Origin: an uncultured Rhodobacterales bacterium
GTDB lineage: Bacteria; Pseudomonadota; Alphaproteobacteria; Rhodobacterales; Rhodobacteraceae
NCBI GenBank assembly: GCA_963922515.1
Contig: CAWUIW010000001.1
Span: forward strand, 1-53,608
DNA length: 53,608 bases
Direction of reading: 5' to 3'
This document shows positions 1 through 10,064 of the stretch, in pieces. The position numbers were made by a program, and so were the translations under genes. Within the stretch, counting starts at the first letter, position 1, and every line of letters starts with the position of its first letter. The notes under the pieces are model-generated. The model did not search any database and was not told the DNA's origin. It saw only the letters and a list, made by a program, of their open reading frames with translations.

Positions 1-1369
1 CAATCGGCAGGTTTTCTTTCTTCTCGGGCACCACGCCACAGGTGTCGCAATGAACGACGGGAATCGGACAGCCCCAATAACGCTGGCGGCTCAGGCCCCA
101 ATCGCGAAGCCGGAACTTGACCTGACCTTTGCCAAGCTTGCGATCTTCGAACCAGTCAATTGTTCGGTCGATGCCTTCTTGGCTGGTGCAGTGCTCCAAG
201 CCAGCGAAATGGTCAATGTAGACAACCTGTTCGGATTTGGGCGGCACCAAGGCTTCGGTCCCGATCTCGCTGTCATCGCCTGGCATGTGAAACGCCGAAG
301 GCGTCGGCAAGCCGTACTTCCGGGCGAAATCCAAGTCGCGCTGATCGTGGGCGGGGCAGGCATAGACCGCGCCCGTTCCGTATTCCATAAGAACAAAGTT
401 GCCGACCCAGACTGGCAGTTCCTGATCTGGCCATACCGGGTGCCGCACGGTGATACCAGTATCGATGCCCTTCTTCTCGGCCTTTTCCATCGCCGCTTCG
501 GTTGTGTCCATTTTGCGCGTTTCTTCAATGAAAGCAGCCAATTCAGGACGTGACTCGGCCAATGCGCGCGACAATGGATGTTCCGGGGAAACCGCCAGGA
601 AGCTTGCTCCGCGCAATGTATCGGGACGAGTTGAGTAGCACACAATTGGCGCATCGCCGTCGGTACGTTCGAACGGAATTTCGATGCCGCGGCTTTTTCC
701 AATCCAATTTTCCTGCATCAGGCGCACTTTGGCTGGCCAATTGTCCAGCCCATCCAGCGCGTCCAAAAGATCATCGGCCATGCCCGAGATTTTGAAGAAC
801 CACTGCGTCAATTCGCGTCGCTCAACTTCGGCACCAGAGCGCCAGCCCTTGCCGTCGATCACCTGTTCATTGGCCAACACCGTCATGTCGACTGGGTCCC
901 AGTTCACGACCGCGTTTTTGCGATACACAAGGCCCGCATCGAGCATATCCAGAAACAGGGCTTGTTGCTGGCCATAATACTCGGGATCGCAGGTCGCAAA
1001 TTCGCGAGTCCAGTCAATCGACAGCCCAAGCGGCTTCATCTGGCTCTTCATCGTTTCGATGTTGCCATAGGTCCAGTCCTTGGGGTGGCCGCCGCTGGCC
1101 ATTGCGGCGTTTTCCGCTGGCATACCAAAGGCATCCCAGCCCATTGGATGCAAAACGTTATGACCGGTGGCCAGTTTGTGGCGCGCGATCACATCACCCA
1201 TTGTGTAGTTCCGGACATGCCCCATGTGGATCCGCCCCGATGGATACGGAAACATTTCGAGCACATAGTACTTCGGTTTGTCCGCACTGCGCACAGCCCG
1301 AAAGATTTCGGCCTTTTCCCAGGCGTCCTGCCATCTGGCTTCAATCTCGGCAGCGGAATATCGCGACAT
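1..1369 (-). CDS. leuS: Leucyl-tRNA synthetase, N-terminal part (runs off the window start)
   Basis: My own minus-strand translation from the ATG (complement of 1367-1369) reads [25 protein letters not shown]...[32 protein letters not shown]...[12 protein letters not shown]. This contains the class I HIGH-type motif HMGH and typical LeuRS blocks. It is absent from the ORF track because there is no stop inside the window. Confidence 0.95.
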   Translation of the reverse strand, partial: MSRYSAAEIEARWQDAWEKAEIFRAVRSADKPKYYVLEMFPYPSGRIHMGHVRNYTMGDVIARHKLATGHNVLHPMGWDAFGMPAENAAMASGGHPKDWTYGNIETMKSQMKPLGLSIDWTREFATCDPEYYGQQQALFLDMLDAGLVYRKNAVVNWDPVDMTVLANEQVIDGKGWRSGAEVERRELTQWFFKISGMADDLLDALDGLDNWPAKVRLMQENWIGKSRGIEIPFERTDGDAPIVCYSTRPDTLRGASFLAVSPEHPLSRALAESRPELAAFIEETRKMDTTEAAMEKAEKKGIDTGITVRHPVWPDQELPVWVGNFVLMEYGTGAVYACPAHDQRDLDFARKYGLPTPSAFHMPGDDSEIGTEALVPPKSEQVVYIDHFAGLEHCTSQEGIDRTIDWFEDRKLGKGQVKFRLRDWGLSRQRYWGCPIPVVHCDTCGVVPEKKENLPI

Positions 1370-1443
1370 TGGTTATCAGGGTCCCTTAAGAAAAACGCCG
1401 GGCATTGGCCCGGCGCTGTCTTAATGACCTTTGACGGAACACG

Positions 1444-1929
1444 CTAGAGGTTGTTGTCGGCTATCCGCATCTGCCGCGCGCGGGACAGAATTGCGTCTTC
1501 CACTGCACGGGAGGTGGCGGAACTCACAGGCCCGTTTCGCGTTTGCATCGACACACGCAACGCCCGTGCATCCAGTGCCGGGTCCGTGATGTGGATGGTC
1601 GCGCGATACGCGCGGCCCCCGCCCGGCGGCGTGCCAAAGCCGGTAACGATCACTCCGGTAAACGGATCAACGGTTTGAACCGGCAAAAAGTTCAGGACAT
1701 CCAAGCTGGCGGCCCACAAGTACTTATTGACGCTGAGTGTGACTTCCGTCGTGTCCGGGCCGAACACATCCCAGATGGTAGACTCACCTGGTTGTTCGAT
1801 GTCGCGAGGATTGCCGCCAACCAGATCGGGGTTGTACGTGCCTTCCGCCAGTCGCGCGCCAGTTGAGCGGCCGCATGCGCTGATCGCGGCCATCAGACAA
1901 ACCAACCCAACAATCGTGACCAACCGCAT
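1444..1929 (-). CDS. DUF3576-like lipoprotein
   Basis: ORF 1444..1947. A signal peptide with lipobox LMAAISAC follows the internal ATG at 1929, which has AGGA about 10 nt upstream. The gene sits directly upstream of leuS on the same strand. The family assignment is from memory of conserved alphaproteobacterial lipoproteins. Confidence 0.65.
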   Translation of the reverse strand: MRLVTIVGLVCLMAAISACGRSTGARLAEGTYNPDLVGGNPRDIEQPGESTIWDVFGPDTTEVTLSVNKYLWAASLDVLNFLPVQTVDPFTGVIVTGFGTPPGGGRAYRATIHITDPALDARALRVSMQTRNGPVSSATSRAVEDAILSRARQMRIADNNL

Positions 1930-2049
1930 CGGATTTTGTCCTATCACTGCCGTTTATTTGGCAAATACTCCTAGCCAAGCGAGGCTTGTGGGACAAGGAC
2001 ATAATGGATCGTCGCAATTTCAGCCAGTCACACAGTTGTGGCGGGGGCC

Positions 2050-2068
2050 TGACATCACTGTGACATCA
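2050..2068. promoter_or_regulatory. Tandem direct repeat TGACATCA-ctg-TGACATCA (11-bp period), a candidate response-regulator site
   Basis: The exact 8-mer occurs at 2050-2057 and 2061-2068. The region is the divergent intergenic space between the DUF3576 gene (start 1929) and the porin gene (start 2213). On the minus strand it reads TGTCAC-N5-TGTCAG, which resembles a Pho box. Confidence 0.3.
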
Positions 2069-2212
2069 ATGCACCAACTTTTTGTCCAAACATCCAGACC
2101 CCGCCGCACACGCTTGCGAATTGTCCGCGAAAACCGCAACACGTCTCACATACTCAGGCGCGTACCCTTATTGGGGCAGTTTGAGCTTGAAAATGAAACC
2201 GAGGGAAAAATC

Positions 2213-3175
2213 ATGAAAAAGATTCTCTTCGCTACAACTGCTCTGGTCGCCACAGCTGGCATGGCCGCAGCAGAGATCAGCTTTGGCGGTTACGGCCGCT
2301 TTGGTCTGCGCTACGCCGAACAACCTTCGTCGTCGACCAGCAACCTGAAAGAAACATTCCTGGAAACTCGTTTCCGTGTGAACATCGACATCTCGGCTGA
2401 GTCGGACGCAGGCGTTCGCTTCTCGGCTCGTGTTCGTATGCAAGCGGACGACGACGGTGACAACGGCCGCGGCAACGCAGCTGGCCTGAACGCAGCTCGT
2501 TTCTCGGCAGAAGCCGGTGGCCTGCGTATCGACGTTGGTAACGCAGCTGGCGCGATCGACAACTTGCCGAACTACTATGGTTACGAGCCAGGCCTGTCGA
2601 ACTTCGTTGGCCAGTACTCGGGTGTTGACTACGGCTTCACAGGCTATGCGTCGAGCTCCTCTGCTCAGCCGCAAACTCTGTACGCACGTTATGCATTTGA
2701 CGCGTTTGCCGTTGCTGCATCGTACACCACAAGCACGGTTGACGGCGCAAGCACAGTCCTCAGCGAAGACCAGTGGGACATCCACTTCGCATACTCCGGC
2801 GACAGCTTCACAGCTGCTGTTGGTTACGGTGAAGGCGACAACGCTTCCGGTCAGAGCGAAAGCCTGCTGGTTGGTACTCTGAACTTCGCATTCGGTCCAG
2901 CTGACTTCGTTATCTTCCTGGCGGACGATGATGTGGCATCGACCGGTTCCGACGGCCTGGCTTACGGTTTCTCGGGTTCGGTTGAAGTTGGTTCCGCAAC
3001 CGACATCACGTTCTCGTATGGTGACGGTGAAGGCGACAACGACGTCCAACAGTACGGTGTTGGCTTCATCCACGACCTGGGTGGCGGCGTAACTCTGCGC
3101 GGCGGTATCGGTCAGTCGGACGACGGCAGCGAAGATCAGCTGCTGGCCGATCTGGGTGTTCGCTTCAACTTCTAA
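2213..3175 (+). CDS. Outer-membrane porin (Rhodobacterales general porin type)
   Basis: Internal ATG at 2213, in frame with ORF 1727..3175, preceded by GAGGGAAAAA. Signal peptide MKKILFATTALVATAGMAAA. The composition is Gly/Ser/Asp/Tyr-rich with alternating beta-strand character, and the protein ends in a C-terminal ...VRFNF. Confidence 0.85.
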   Translation: MKKILFATTALVATAGMAAAEISFGGYGRFGLRYAEQPSSSTSNLKETFLETRFRVNIDISAESDAGVRFSARVRMQADDDGDNGRGNAAGLNAARFSAEAGGLRIDVGNAAGAIDNLPNYYGYEPGLSNFVGQYSGVDYGFTGYASSSSAQPQTLYARYAFDAFAVAASYTTSTVDGASTVLSEDQWDIHFAYSGDSFTAAVGYGEGDNASGQSESLLVGTLNFAFGPADFVIFLADDDVASTGSDGLAYGFSGSVEVGSATDITFSYGDGEGDNDVQQYGVGFIHDLGGGVTLRGGIGQSDDGSEDQLLADLGVRFNF

Positions 3176-3202
3176 TTCTAGAAGTTCAGAAACCTGAATA
3201 TA

Positions 3203-3234
3203 GGGGCGGGTCATTGACCCGCCCCTTCTTCTTT
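3203..3234 (+). terminator. Rho-independent terminator after the porin gene
   Basis: GGGGCGGG-tcattga-CCCGCCCC followed by TTCTTCTTT, starting 28 nt after the porin stop. Confidence 0.75.
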
Positions 3235-3279
3235 GCGACGACGCAAACACTGAATGCATTGCAATGGTCGGGGCAAGGA

Positions 3280-3936
3280 ATGTCGCTTGAAGCCATCAAG
3301 TCGAAGATCGCATCAGCCGAGACCGCGGCCGATCGCACGCCGGGGAGCACGACGCTAATCGCCGTATCCAAGGTGCAGCCGCTTGACCGCGTGGAGGCTG
3401 TCCTCGCGGAAGGGCACCGTGATTTCGGTGAAAACCGTGTGCAGGAAGCGGCAGGAAAGTGGCCAGCATTTCGAGAGCGCTTTCCCGACGTGGTGCTGCA
3501 CCTGATTGGGCCGTTGCAAACGAACAAGGCGCGGCAGGCGATGGAACTGGCGCAATCCATTCATTCCGTTGACCGCCCGAAGCTGGCGACGATGCTGGCA
3601 AGGTTGGCACAGGAACGCGGTGCGTGTCCCGACCTGTTCATTCAGGTCAACACCGGGGAAGAGCCTCAGAAGGCGGGGATACTGCCTGCCGAAGCCGATG
3701 CGTTTGTGGCAACTTGCGCCGACATGGATCTGCCGATCGTGGGTTTGATGTGCATCCCGCCAGTGGACGAAGAACCGTCTTTGCACTTTGCGCTATTGGC
3801 TAAGATTGCAACGCGCAATGGATTGAGCGGGCTGTCCATGGGGATGAGCAGCGATTTTGAAAGTGCAATCGCATTAGGCGCCACGCATGTGCGGGTTGGC
3901 AGCGCGATATTTGGCGCGCGCGTGCCGACGACTTGA
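3280..3936 (+). CDS. yggS: YggS-family pyridoxal-phosphate homeostasis protein
   Basis: ORF 3214..3936. I chose the internal ATG at 3280 (MSLEAIKSKIASAE) because the longer form would overlap the porin terminator. Contains the AVSKVQP PLP-lysine block and ends in HVRVGSAIFG. Confidence 0.85.
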   Translation: MSLEAIKSKIASAETAADRTPGSTTLIAVSKVQPLDRVEAVLAEGHRDFGENRVQEAAGKWPAFRERFPDVVLHLIGPLQTNKARQAMELAQSIHSVDRPKLATMLARLAQERGACPDLFIQVNTGEEPQKAGILPAEADAFVATCADMDLPIVGLMCIPPVDEEPSLHFALLAKIATRNGLSGLSMGMSSDFESAIALGATHVRVGSAIFGARVPTT

Positions 3937-3961
3937 ACCGACCGGAAGGCGGCGTGTTCAA

Positions 3962-4453
3962 TCAGACAATCAACCTTGTACTGTGTTTGATGCGCGGCGC
4001 GATCCATTGCAGATGGTCCCGGTCCAAAGCCACGCAACCTTCGGTCGGGTAACCAGGACGCCGCCACTGATGTATGAATATTGCTGAGCCCCGGCCTTTG
4101 ACGGCGTAGGGCCAATTCCAGTCGGTCAACAGGATCAGATCATAAAGCGGATCCGCGCGGCGCAGCCGTTCGTGGCGAAACTGATGCGGGGCGCGTACCA
4201 TCAGGTTGTAGTCAGGATCCTCGACATCATCCGACCAAAAATCGCCCGGGTGAATGGGCAACGCCCAATCCGCCGGACGCGCCATTCGATCTGGGCGGTA
4301 CAGCATACCGACCAGCCGATGCGTGCCTTTTGGCGTTGCGCCATCGCCTTCCCGCTTTTGCACCGTCAGTCCGCCGCGACCGATGGCGCACGGGAACAGG
4401 CGCCCTTGAAACCGAAGCCCCGTCTGCGTCAGCACCAGGTCATAGGGTGTCAC
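3962..4453 (-). CDS. L,D-transpeptidase family protein (YkuD-like catalytic domain)
   Basis: 163 aa with IFIHQW...[10 protein letters not shown], the His/Cys catalytic signature. The GTG start overlaps the ribA stop (GTGA). Confidence 0.8.
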   Translation of the reverse strand: MTPYDLVLTQTGLRFQGRLFPCAIGRGGLTVQKREGDGATPKGTHRLVGMLYRPDRMARPADWALPIHPGDFWSDDVEDPDYNLMVRAPHQFRHERLRRADPLYDLILLTDWNWPYAVKGRGSAIFIHQWRRPGYPTEGCVALDRDHLQWIAPRIKHSTRLIV

Positions 4454-5541
4454 AGCAGGTGCCCTGACTTTGCCGCTTTCGTCTGCAGGTATGCTTGGTT
4501 GTGTCGGCCAAGCCCAACCTTAAGCGGTACCCGCTCTGCCACGGTGATGCCGGTTTGCTGCATCATCTCGATTTTCTTGGGGTTGTTGGTCAGTAACCGA
4601 ACACTGGAAAAACCCAGCGATTTCAAGATATCTGCGCCCAACCGAAAGTCGCGCTCGTCGTCTTCAAAACCAAGCCGATGGTTGGCTTCGACCGTATCAA
4701 ATCCTTGGTCCTGCAAACTGTACGCGCGCATCTTGTTGGTCAGACCAATACCGCGCCCTTCTTGCTGTAAATACAACAGAATGCCGGCGCCTTCATTGCC
4801 CATATGGTTCAAGGCCGCATGCAATTGCGGTCCGCAATCACATTTCAGGCTGCCAAGCACGTCACCCGTGAAACAAGCTGAATGCAATCTGGCGAGCACG
4901 GGCTTTGATCGATCCGGACGACCGATTTCGACGGCATAATGCTCTTCGGCGCCGTCTTCCGGCCGAAAAATGTGCAAGCGTCCCGCTTCGGATGCCGCCA
5001 GAGGCACACGCGCGTTCACTACGACGTTTACAGGGCTGCGCTCGGTCACAAGCGGCGCGGTCAGCGCATGTGACAGTTTGGTCAGCTCGGAAACATCTTC
5101 GATCTGCACGGATGGATCGAAGGGAATGGCCAGCATAGCGGGCAGTAAGCGTGCTGACTTGGCGATCTGGATGGCCAGCCTATGCAGTTCTGCTGAGCCT
5201 GTGCGCGCGCTGCCCAACGGCCCTTTCATGGGCGAGATCAAGTCGTCGGCAGGATCCGCTACAGCTTGGATCCACCCAATATCAGCGTCGGGCGGCAACT
5301 GAATCCGTGCCAAATCGCCATCATATGCACGCGCCTTCAACGTCAAAGCGCGCCGCGCGGTGATCGCAAGTACGGGCGGCTGCGCGAGCCGCCGAACTGC
5401 TGCCAAGCGATCAGGCCGCAACGTTTCTGCAGCCAAAACCAACAAGTGCTCGTTAGCGTCAGACAAAAGAATGGGCACGCCCATGCGCAAGTCGCCGCGG
5501 GCGCGGGCCAGCAACTCGGTCGGGTCGGGCAAAAGGCTCAT
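4450..5541 (-). CDS. ribA: GTP cyclohydrolase II with an N-terminal DHBP-synthase-like extension
   Basis: Contains [18 protein letters not shown] (zinc cysteines), [10 protein letters not shown] and [13 protein letters not shown]. Confidence 0.9.
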   Translation of the reverse strand: MSLLPDPTELLARARGDLRMGVPILLSDANEHLLVLAAETLRPDRLAAVRRLAQPPVLAITARRALTLKARAYDGDLARIQLPPDADIGWIQAVADPADDLISPMKGPLGSARTGSAELHRLAIQIAKSARLLPAMLAIPFDPSVQIEDVSELTKLSHALTAPLVTERSPVNVVVNARVPLAASEAGRLHIFRPEDGAEEHYAVEIGRPDRSKPVLARLHSACFTGDVLGSLKCDCGPQLHAALNHMGNEGAGILLYLQQEGRGIGLTNKMRAYSLQDQGFDTVEANHRLGFEDDERDFRLGADILKSLGFSSVRLLTNNPKKIEMMQQTGITVAERVPLKVGLGRHNQAYLQTKAAKSGHLL

Positions 5542-5699
5542 GTCGATGTTCCAGTCTTCTACCGCGGTTACTTAATCGCCCTTGAGCCAATATGAAACAT
5601 TTTGCTGGCAAGAGACACGTCAGCGTGAGAGCTTTGCAGCAATTCTTGCCATAGTGGCGGTTCCAGACCATGTGCTGAGAAGCCGTGAGGAGGTTTGGA

Positions 5700-6386
5700 A
5701 TGGCACAACTTAAGAAAATCCTTCTGGTTGACGATGATGACGACCTGCGCGACGCGCTGAGCGAACAGTTGGTCATGACCGAAGACTTTGACGTGTTCGA
5801 GGCCGGCGACGGCAGCGGTGCGATGGAACGGGTCAAAGAAGCGCTGTATGACCTGATCATTTTGGACGTTGGCCTGCCGGATACGGACGGGCGCGAGCTG
5901 TGCCGTCTCATGCGCAAACAGGGCGTCAAATCCCCGATCTTGATGCTGACTGGCCATGATAGCGACGCGGACACTATTCTCGGGCTGGACGCCGGCGCGA
6001 ATGACTACGTGACAAAGCCCTTCAAGTTCCCTGTTTTGCTGGCCCGCATTCGTGCGCAGCTGCGCCAGCATGAACAGTCGGAAGATGCTGTTTTCGCGCT
6101 GGGGCCGTACACGTTCAAACCGGCAATGAAGATGTTGATCACGGAAGAGGATCGTAAGATCCGACTCACCGAAAAAGAAACCAACATACTGAAGTTCCTT
6201 TACCGTTCCAGCGATGGCGTGGTTGCCCGCGACGTCCTGTTGCACGAAGTATGGGGCTACAACGCCGGAGTCACGACACACACGTTGGAAACCCACATTT
6301 ACCGTTTGCGCCAGAAAATTGAACCGGATCCGTCCAATGCGCGCCTTCTTGTGACCGAATCTGGTGGGTACCGTTTGGTTGCGTGA
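5700..6386 (+). CDS. cenR: OmpR/PhoB-family response regulator, CenR-like
   Basis: The ATG at 5700 is preceded by GGAGG. The receiver domain shows LLVDDDDD...ILDVGLPDTDG...KPF, and the winged-helix domain shows THTLETHIYRLRQKIEPD. The CenR assignment rests on my recollection of the conserved alphaproteobacterial CenR sequence pattern and is not verified. Confidence 0.8.
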   Translation: MAQLKKILLVDDDDDLRDALSEQLVMTEDFDVFEAGDGSGAMERVKEALYDLIILDVGLPDTDGRELCRLMRKQGVKSPILMLTGHDSDADTILGLDAGANDYVTKPFKFPVLLARIRAQLRQHEQSEDAVFALGPYTFKPAMKMLITEEDRKIRLTEKETNILKFLYRSSDGVVARDVLLHEVWGYNAGVTTHTLETHIYRLRQKIEPDPSNARLLVTESGGYRLVA

Positions 6387-6489
6387 CCATGATTTGACTT
6401 GGATCAAGGCTGACCTGCCGGATCACGGGCAAATCTGAAATTGATCCCGCGCGCGCCCGGGTTATGGCGTGCACCTCCCTGTTGGACTT

Positions 6490-6518
6490 GGCCGGGCTTT
6501 ATGCCCGGTCTTTTTTTT
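6490..6518 (+). terminator. Strong intrinsic terminator about 105 nt downstream of the response-regulator stop
   Basis: GGCCGGGC-tttat-GCCCGGTC followed by eight T (6511-6518). Confidence 0.7.
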
Positions 6519-6584
6519 GTTTGGTGCTTTCGCTGAAACGGCGCTGCAAGCTATCTGTAGCCAAAGGTTTTGGGAGCCAGACGG

Positions 6585-7559
6585 ATGACGGCCAGTTCCA
6601 TCAAGCGATCCGATCTACAGTCGATCATCGATGACATTGCTGATCGTAGCGCGCGCGAGTCTGACCGCGGTGAAGTGGCGCGCTACATTCCCGAACTCGC
6701 CTGCGTCGATATCAACCAGTTCGGGCTGGCTGTCGCCCCCGTTGTCGGATCACCCCTGGTCGCAGGCAGCGCGAATACGCTGTTTTCAATTCAAAGTGTA
6801 TCCAAGGTGTTTTCGCTGACTTTGGCCTTGTCGACATTGGGTGACATCGTCTGGACCAGGGTGGGGCGCGAGCCTTCAGGTGACCCGTTTAACTCGATTG
6901 TCCAGCTGGAGCACGAACGCGGCGTGCCCCGAAACCCCTTCATCAATGCCGGTGCGATCGTGATTGCTGATCTGCTAAACGAAGGGCATTCGCCGCCGGA
7001 CACAATTGGCAAGCTGTTGGAGTTTTGCCGCGCGCTCGCGGATGAGCGCGATATCGACCTTGACCCGTCAGTTGCAGCTTCGGAATTGGCGACAGGTGCC
7101 CGCAATCGGGCGCTTGCACAGTTCATGGCTGCCGAAGGGAACATTCGTGGTGCTGTCGAAGACGTCGTATCTGTGTACTTCCACCAATGCAGCATTGCGA
7201 TGAGTTGTCGGCAGTTGGCGCAAGCCGCACGTTTTCTGTCCGCAGGTGGCGCACAATTGGGGGATGCGTATCCGAATATCGGTGTCGAGCGCACACGCCG
7301 CATCGCTGCCTTGATGTTGACCTGCGGTTGCTATGATGCATCCGGCGAATACGCGTTTCGCATAGGATTGCCCGCCAAAAGTGGTGTCGGCGGAGGGTTG
7401 TTGGCGATCGTTCCCGGTGTTGCCGCGATCGCCGCTTGGTCGCCCGGCTTGGACGACAAGGGAAACTCGGTTCTGGCCACACGCGCCGTTCGGGAGCTGG
7501 CCCAGGCAACAGGTTGGTCCGTTTTCAACCCGATCGCCAACCGACCGATCGCGCCTTGA
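6585..7559 (+). CDS. glsA: Glutaminase A
   Basis: Contains YIPELA, the FSIQSVSKVF Ser-x-x-Lys motif, NPFINAGAI and GLPAKSGVGGG. The ATG at 6585 has GGGAG 8 nt upstream. Confidence 0.9.
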   Translation: MTASSIKRSDLQSIIDDIADRSARESDRGEVARYIPELACVDINQFGLAVAPVVGSPLVAGSANTLFSIQSVSKVFSLTLALSTLGDIVWTRVGREPSGDPFNSIVQLEHERGVPRNPFINAGAIVIADLLNEGHSPPDTIGKLLEFCRALADERDIDLDPSVAASELATGARNRALAQFMAAEGNIRGAVEDVVSVYFHQCSIAMSCRQLAQAARFLSAGGAQLGDAYPNIGVERTRRIAALMLTCGCYDASGEYAFRIGLPAKSGVGGGLLAIVPGVAAIAAWSPGLDDKGNSVLATRAVRELAQATGWSVFNPIANRPIAP

Positions 7560-7630
7560 GATTCCGGCGCTGGCCATTGGCGAATGACGCGCTTAGGTTG
7601 CCCTGACCATCCTGATCCGGAGCGCCCGCC

Positions 7631-8419
7631 ATGCCATTCACTGTCGCCACGTGGAACATCAATTCGGTTCGGCTGCGCGCCGGTCTGGTGGAAAAGCTGA
7701 TGTCGGATGAAGCGCCAGATGTTTTGTGTCTTCAAGAATGCAAAAGCCCCGTGGACAAGATCCCGCAGGACGGTTTTGCGGCACTGGGATACACGCACAT
7801 GCTGGCCCGGGGCGAAAAGGGCTACAATGGCGTGGCCATTTTTTCCAAACTCGCGATCGAAGATGCCGGCGACCGGGATTTCGGCGGGTTGGGGCAGGCA
7901 CGCCATGTTGCCGGTCGACTGGAAAACGGGGTGACGATACACAACTTTTATGTTCCAGCCGGTGGGGACGTGCCGGACCGCGACGTGAACGTCAAGTTTG
8001 GCCAAAAGCTCGACTTCCTGACTGACATGCGTGATTGGTTTCGGGAAAACAGCCCCGAAAAAGCAATACTTGTCGGGGATCTGAACATTGCGCCTCGCGA
8101 AGATGATGTGTGGTCACACAAACAGCTATTGAAGGTTGTGAGCCACACTCCCATTGAGGTCGAACATCTTGCTAATACGCAAGAAGCCGGACGCTGGGTT
8201 GATGTGACCCGGCAGGATATTCCGGACGGATTGCTCTACAGTTGGTGGTCTTACCGGGCCAAGGATTGGTCCGCCGCAGACAAGGGTCGCAGATTGGATC
8301 ACGTCTGGGCTACCAGCGATATTGCGAACGCCGCTTACGGAAGCCGAATACTACGCGATGCGCGCGGTTGGGAAAAGCCCAGCGATCACGCGCCTGTTTT
8401 CGCAACTTTTGACCTTTGA
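7631..8419 (+). CDS. xthA: Exodeoxyribonuclease III
   Basis: Begins MPFTVATWNINSVRLR and contains LCLQECK, GDLNIAP and SDHAPV. Confidence 0.9.
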   Translation: MPFTVATWNINSVRLRAGLVEKLMSDEAPDVLCLQECKSPVDKIPQDGFAALGYTHMLARGEKGYNGVAIFSKLAIEDAGDRDFGGLGQARHVAGRLENGVTIHNFYVPAGGDVPDRDVNVKFGQKLDFLTDMRDWFRENSPEKAILVGDLNIAPREDDVWSHKQLLKVVSHTPIEVEHLANTQEAGRWVDVTRQDIPDGLLYSWWSYRAKDWSAADKGRRLDHVWATSDIANAAYGSRILRDARGWEKPSDHAPVFATFDL

Positions 8420-8477
8420 ATCCGTCGCGCGGCGGCGCATATATGCCGAGATGCAGTATTACAAGGGCACGTGACCA

Positions 8478-9392
8478 ATGGATTTGGGACTCTCAGCTGG
8501 CCCCGCCGCGGGCGATCTGATCAAAGACAGCAGCGAAGCCGCGTTCATGCAGGACGTGGTCGAAGCGTCAATGACCATTCCGGTGATCGTTGACTTCTGG
8601 GCGCCTTGGTGCGGCCCATGCAAAACACTTGGGCCCTTGTTGGAAGAGGCTGTGACCGCGGCGAAAGGCGCGGTCAAAATGGTCAAAGTCAATGTGGACG
8701 AAGCGCAGATGCTGGCAGGCCAGTTGCAAATTCAGTCCATTCCGACGGTTTACGCCTTTTTCAAGGGACAACCTATTGACGGGTTCCAAGGCGCATTGCC
8801 GGGCTCTGAAATCAAGGCTTTCGTCGATCGCGTGATCAAAGCGGCCGGTGGAGAAGCACCTGGTGATCAGCTGGAAGACGCCGTTGCGGCAGCAGAAGAT
8901 ATGCTGGCGGAAGGGGCGGCCGTGGATGCCGCGCAAACGTTCGCCGCAATACTTGGCGAGGACGCCACGCACGCGGGCGCATATGGCGGGTTGGTGCGAT
9001 CGCATATCGCCATGGGCGATCTGGATCAGGCAGAGGCCATTTTGAATGGCGCACCAGCCGAAATTTCAGACACGCCTGAATTGGAAGCCGCGCATGCGCA
9101 GCTCGAGCTTGCACGTCAAGCGGCGGATGCCGGACCTGTTGGCGATCTCAAGGCGCAGGTTGAAGCGGACGGAAACAACCATCAGGCCCGTTATGATCTG
9201 GCGCAGGCCTTGCATGCCAATGGTCAGGTAGAAGAGGCGGTTGCCGAGTTGTTGGAACTGTTCCGCCGTGATCGCGAATGGAACGATGGCGCCGCCAAAG
9301 CCCAGCTGTTCACGATCTTTGACGCGCTCAAACCGAACGATCCAATTGTTTTGAATGGCCGCCGCAAACTCAGTTCCATGATATTTGCCTAA
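8478..9392 (+). CDS. Thioredoxin-domain plus TPR co-chaperone (YbbN/CnoX-like)
   Basis: FWAPWCGPCK thioredoxin motif, followed by an Ala/Leu-rich TPR-like C-terminal half. Confidence 0.85.
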   Translation: MDLGLSAGPAAGDLIKDSSEAAFMQDVVEASMTIPVIVDFWAPWCGPCKTLGPLLEEAVTAAKGAVKMVKVNVDEAQMLAGQLQIQSIPTVYAFFKGQPIDGFQGALPGSEIKAFVDRVIKAAGGEAPGDQLEDAVAAAEDMLAEGAAVDAAQTFAAILGEDATHAGAYGGLVRSHIAMGDLDQAEAILNGAPAEISDTPELEAAHAQLELARQAADAGPVGDLKAQVEADGNNHQARYDLAQALHANGQVEEAVAELLELFRRDREWNDGAAKAQLFTIFDALKPNDPIVLNGRRKLSSMIFA

Positions 9393-9419
9393 ACCCGGCA
9401 ACAGCCTAATTTGTGGGGC

Positions 9420-10064
9420 ATGTTGAAAGCAGCCGATCTTCCGGCCACGGTAGCCGTTTTTCCACTGCCCGGGGCCCTGTTGTTGCCGCGCGCACGTTTG
9501 CCGCTGCACATTTTCGAGCCGCGCTATCTACAGATGATAGACGACGCCTTGAAGACGCCGGAACGGCTAATTGGCATGGTTCAGCCGAACACGGCCCCTC
9601 GTGCGGCTGAAGACAGTTTGCAGTCCATCGGTTGTGCTGGCCGCATCACGCAGTTATCAGAGACCGAGGACGGGCGGTACCTGATCACGCTTAGCGGTGT
9701 ATCCCGGTTTAGGATCTCGCAAGAAGTGAACGGCTTCTCGCCCTATCGAAAATGCGATGTCGTCTGGGACGGGTTTGACCGCGATCTGGGGTCCAGCGAA
9801 GCTGACAATGGGTTCAATAGGTCCAATTTCATGGGCTTGCTTGAACGCTTCTTCGAAAGCAAACGGTTGCGCACTGATTGGGACACGCTGAAAGACGCTG
9901 ACGATGAGTTGCTGATCAACTCCTTGTCCATGCTTCTTGATTTCGAACCGGAAGACAAACAGGCGCTGCTCGAGGCTCCTTCTTTGACCACACGGCGCGA
10001 AACGCTTGTAACCCTTATCGAGTTTTCCATGCGAAGCGGGGACGGCGAGGACCGTTTACAATGA
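9420..10064 (+). CDS. LON N-terminal substrate-binding domain protein
   Basis: [30 protein letters not shown] is a typical LonN domain start. The ATG at 9420 was chosen inside ORF 9411..10064. Confidence 0.8.
   Translation: MLKAADLPATVAVFPLPGALLLPRARLPLHIFEPRYLQMIDDALKTPERLIGMVQPNTAPRAAEDSLQSIGCAGRITQLSETEDGRYLITLSGVSRFRISQEVNGFSPYRKCDVVWDGFDRDLGSSEADNGFNRSNFMGLLERFFESKRLRTDWDTLKDADDELLINSLSMLLDFEPEDKQALLEAPSLTTRRETLVTLIEFSMRSGDGEDRLQ

Noticed and set aside
2168-3259. 363-aa minus-strand ORF covering the porin gene
   Set aside because: It lies antisense to a well-supported porin CDS. The product is Cys/Arg/Val-rich and low in complexity, has no RBS and runs through the porin terminator. This is a typical high-GC shadow ORF.
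5542-5699. Possible FMN (RFN) riboswitch upstream of ribA
   Set aside because: I could not find the conserved RFN core segments in either orientation. The region is a short divergent promoter region shared with the response-regulator gene.
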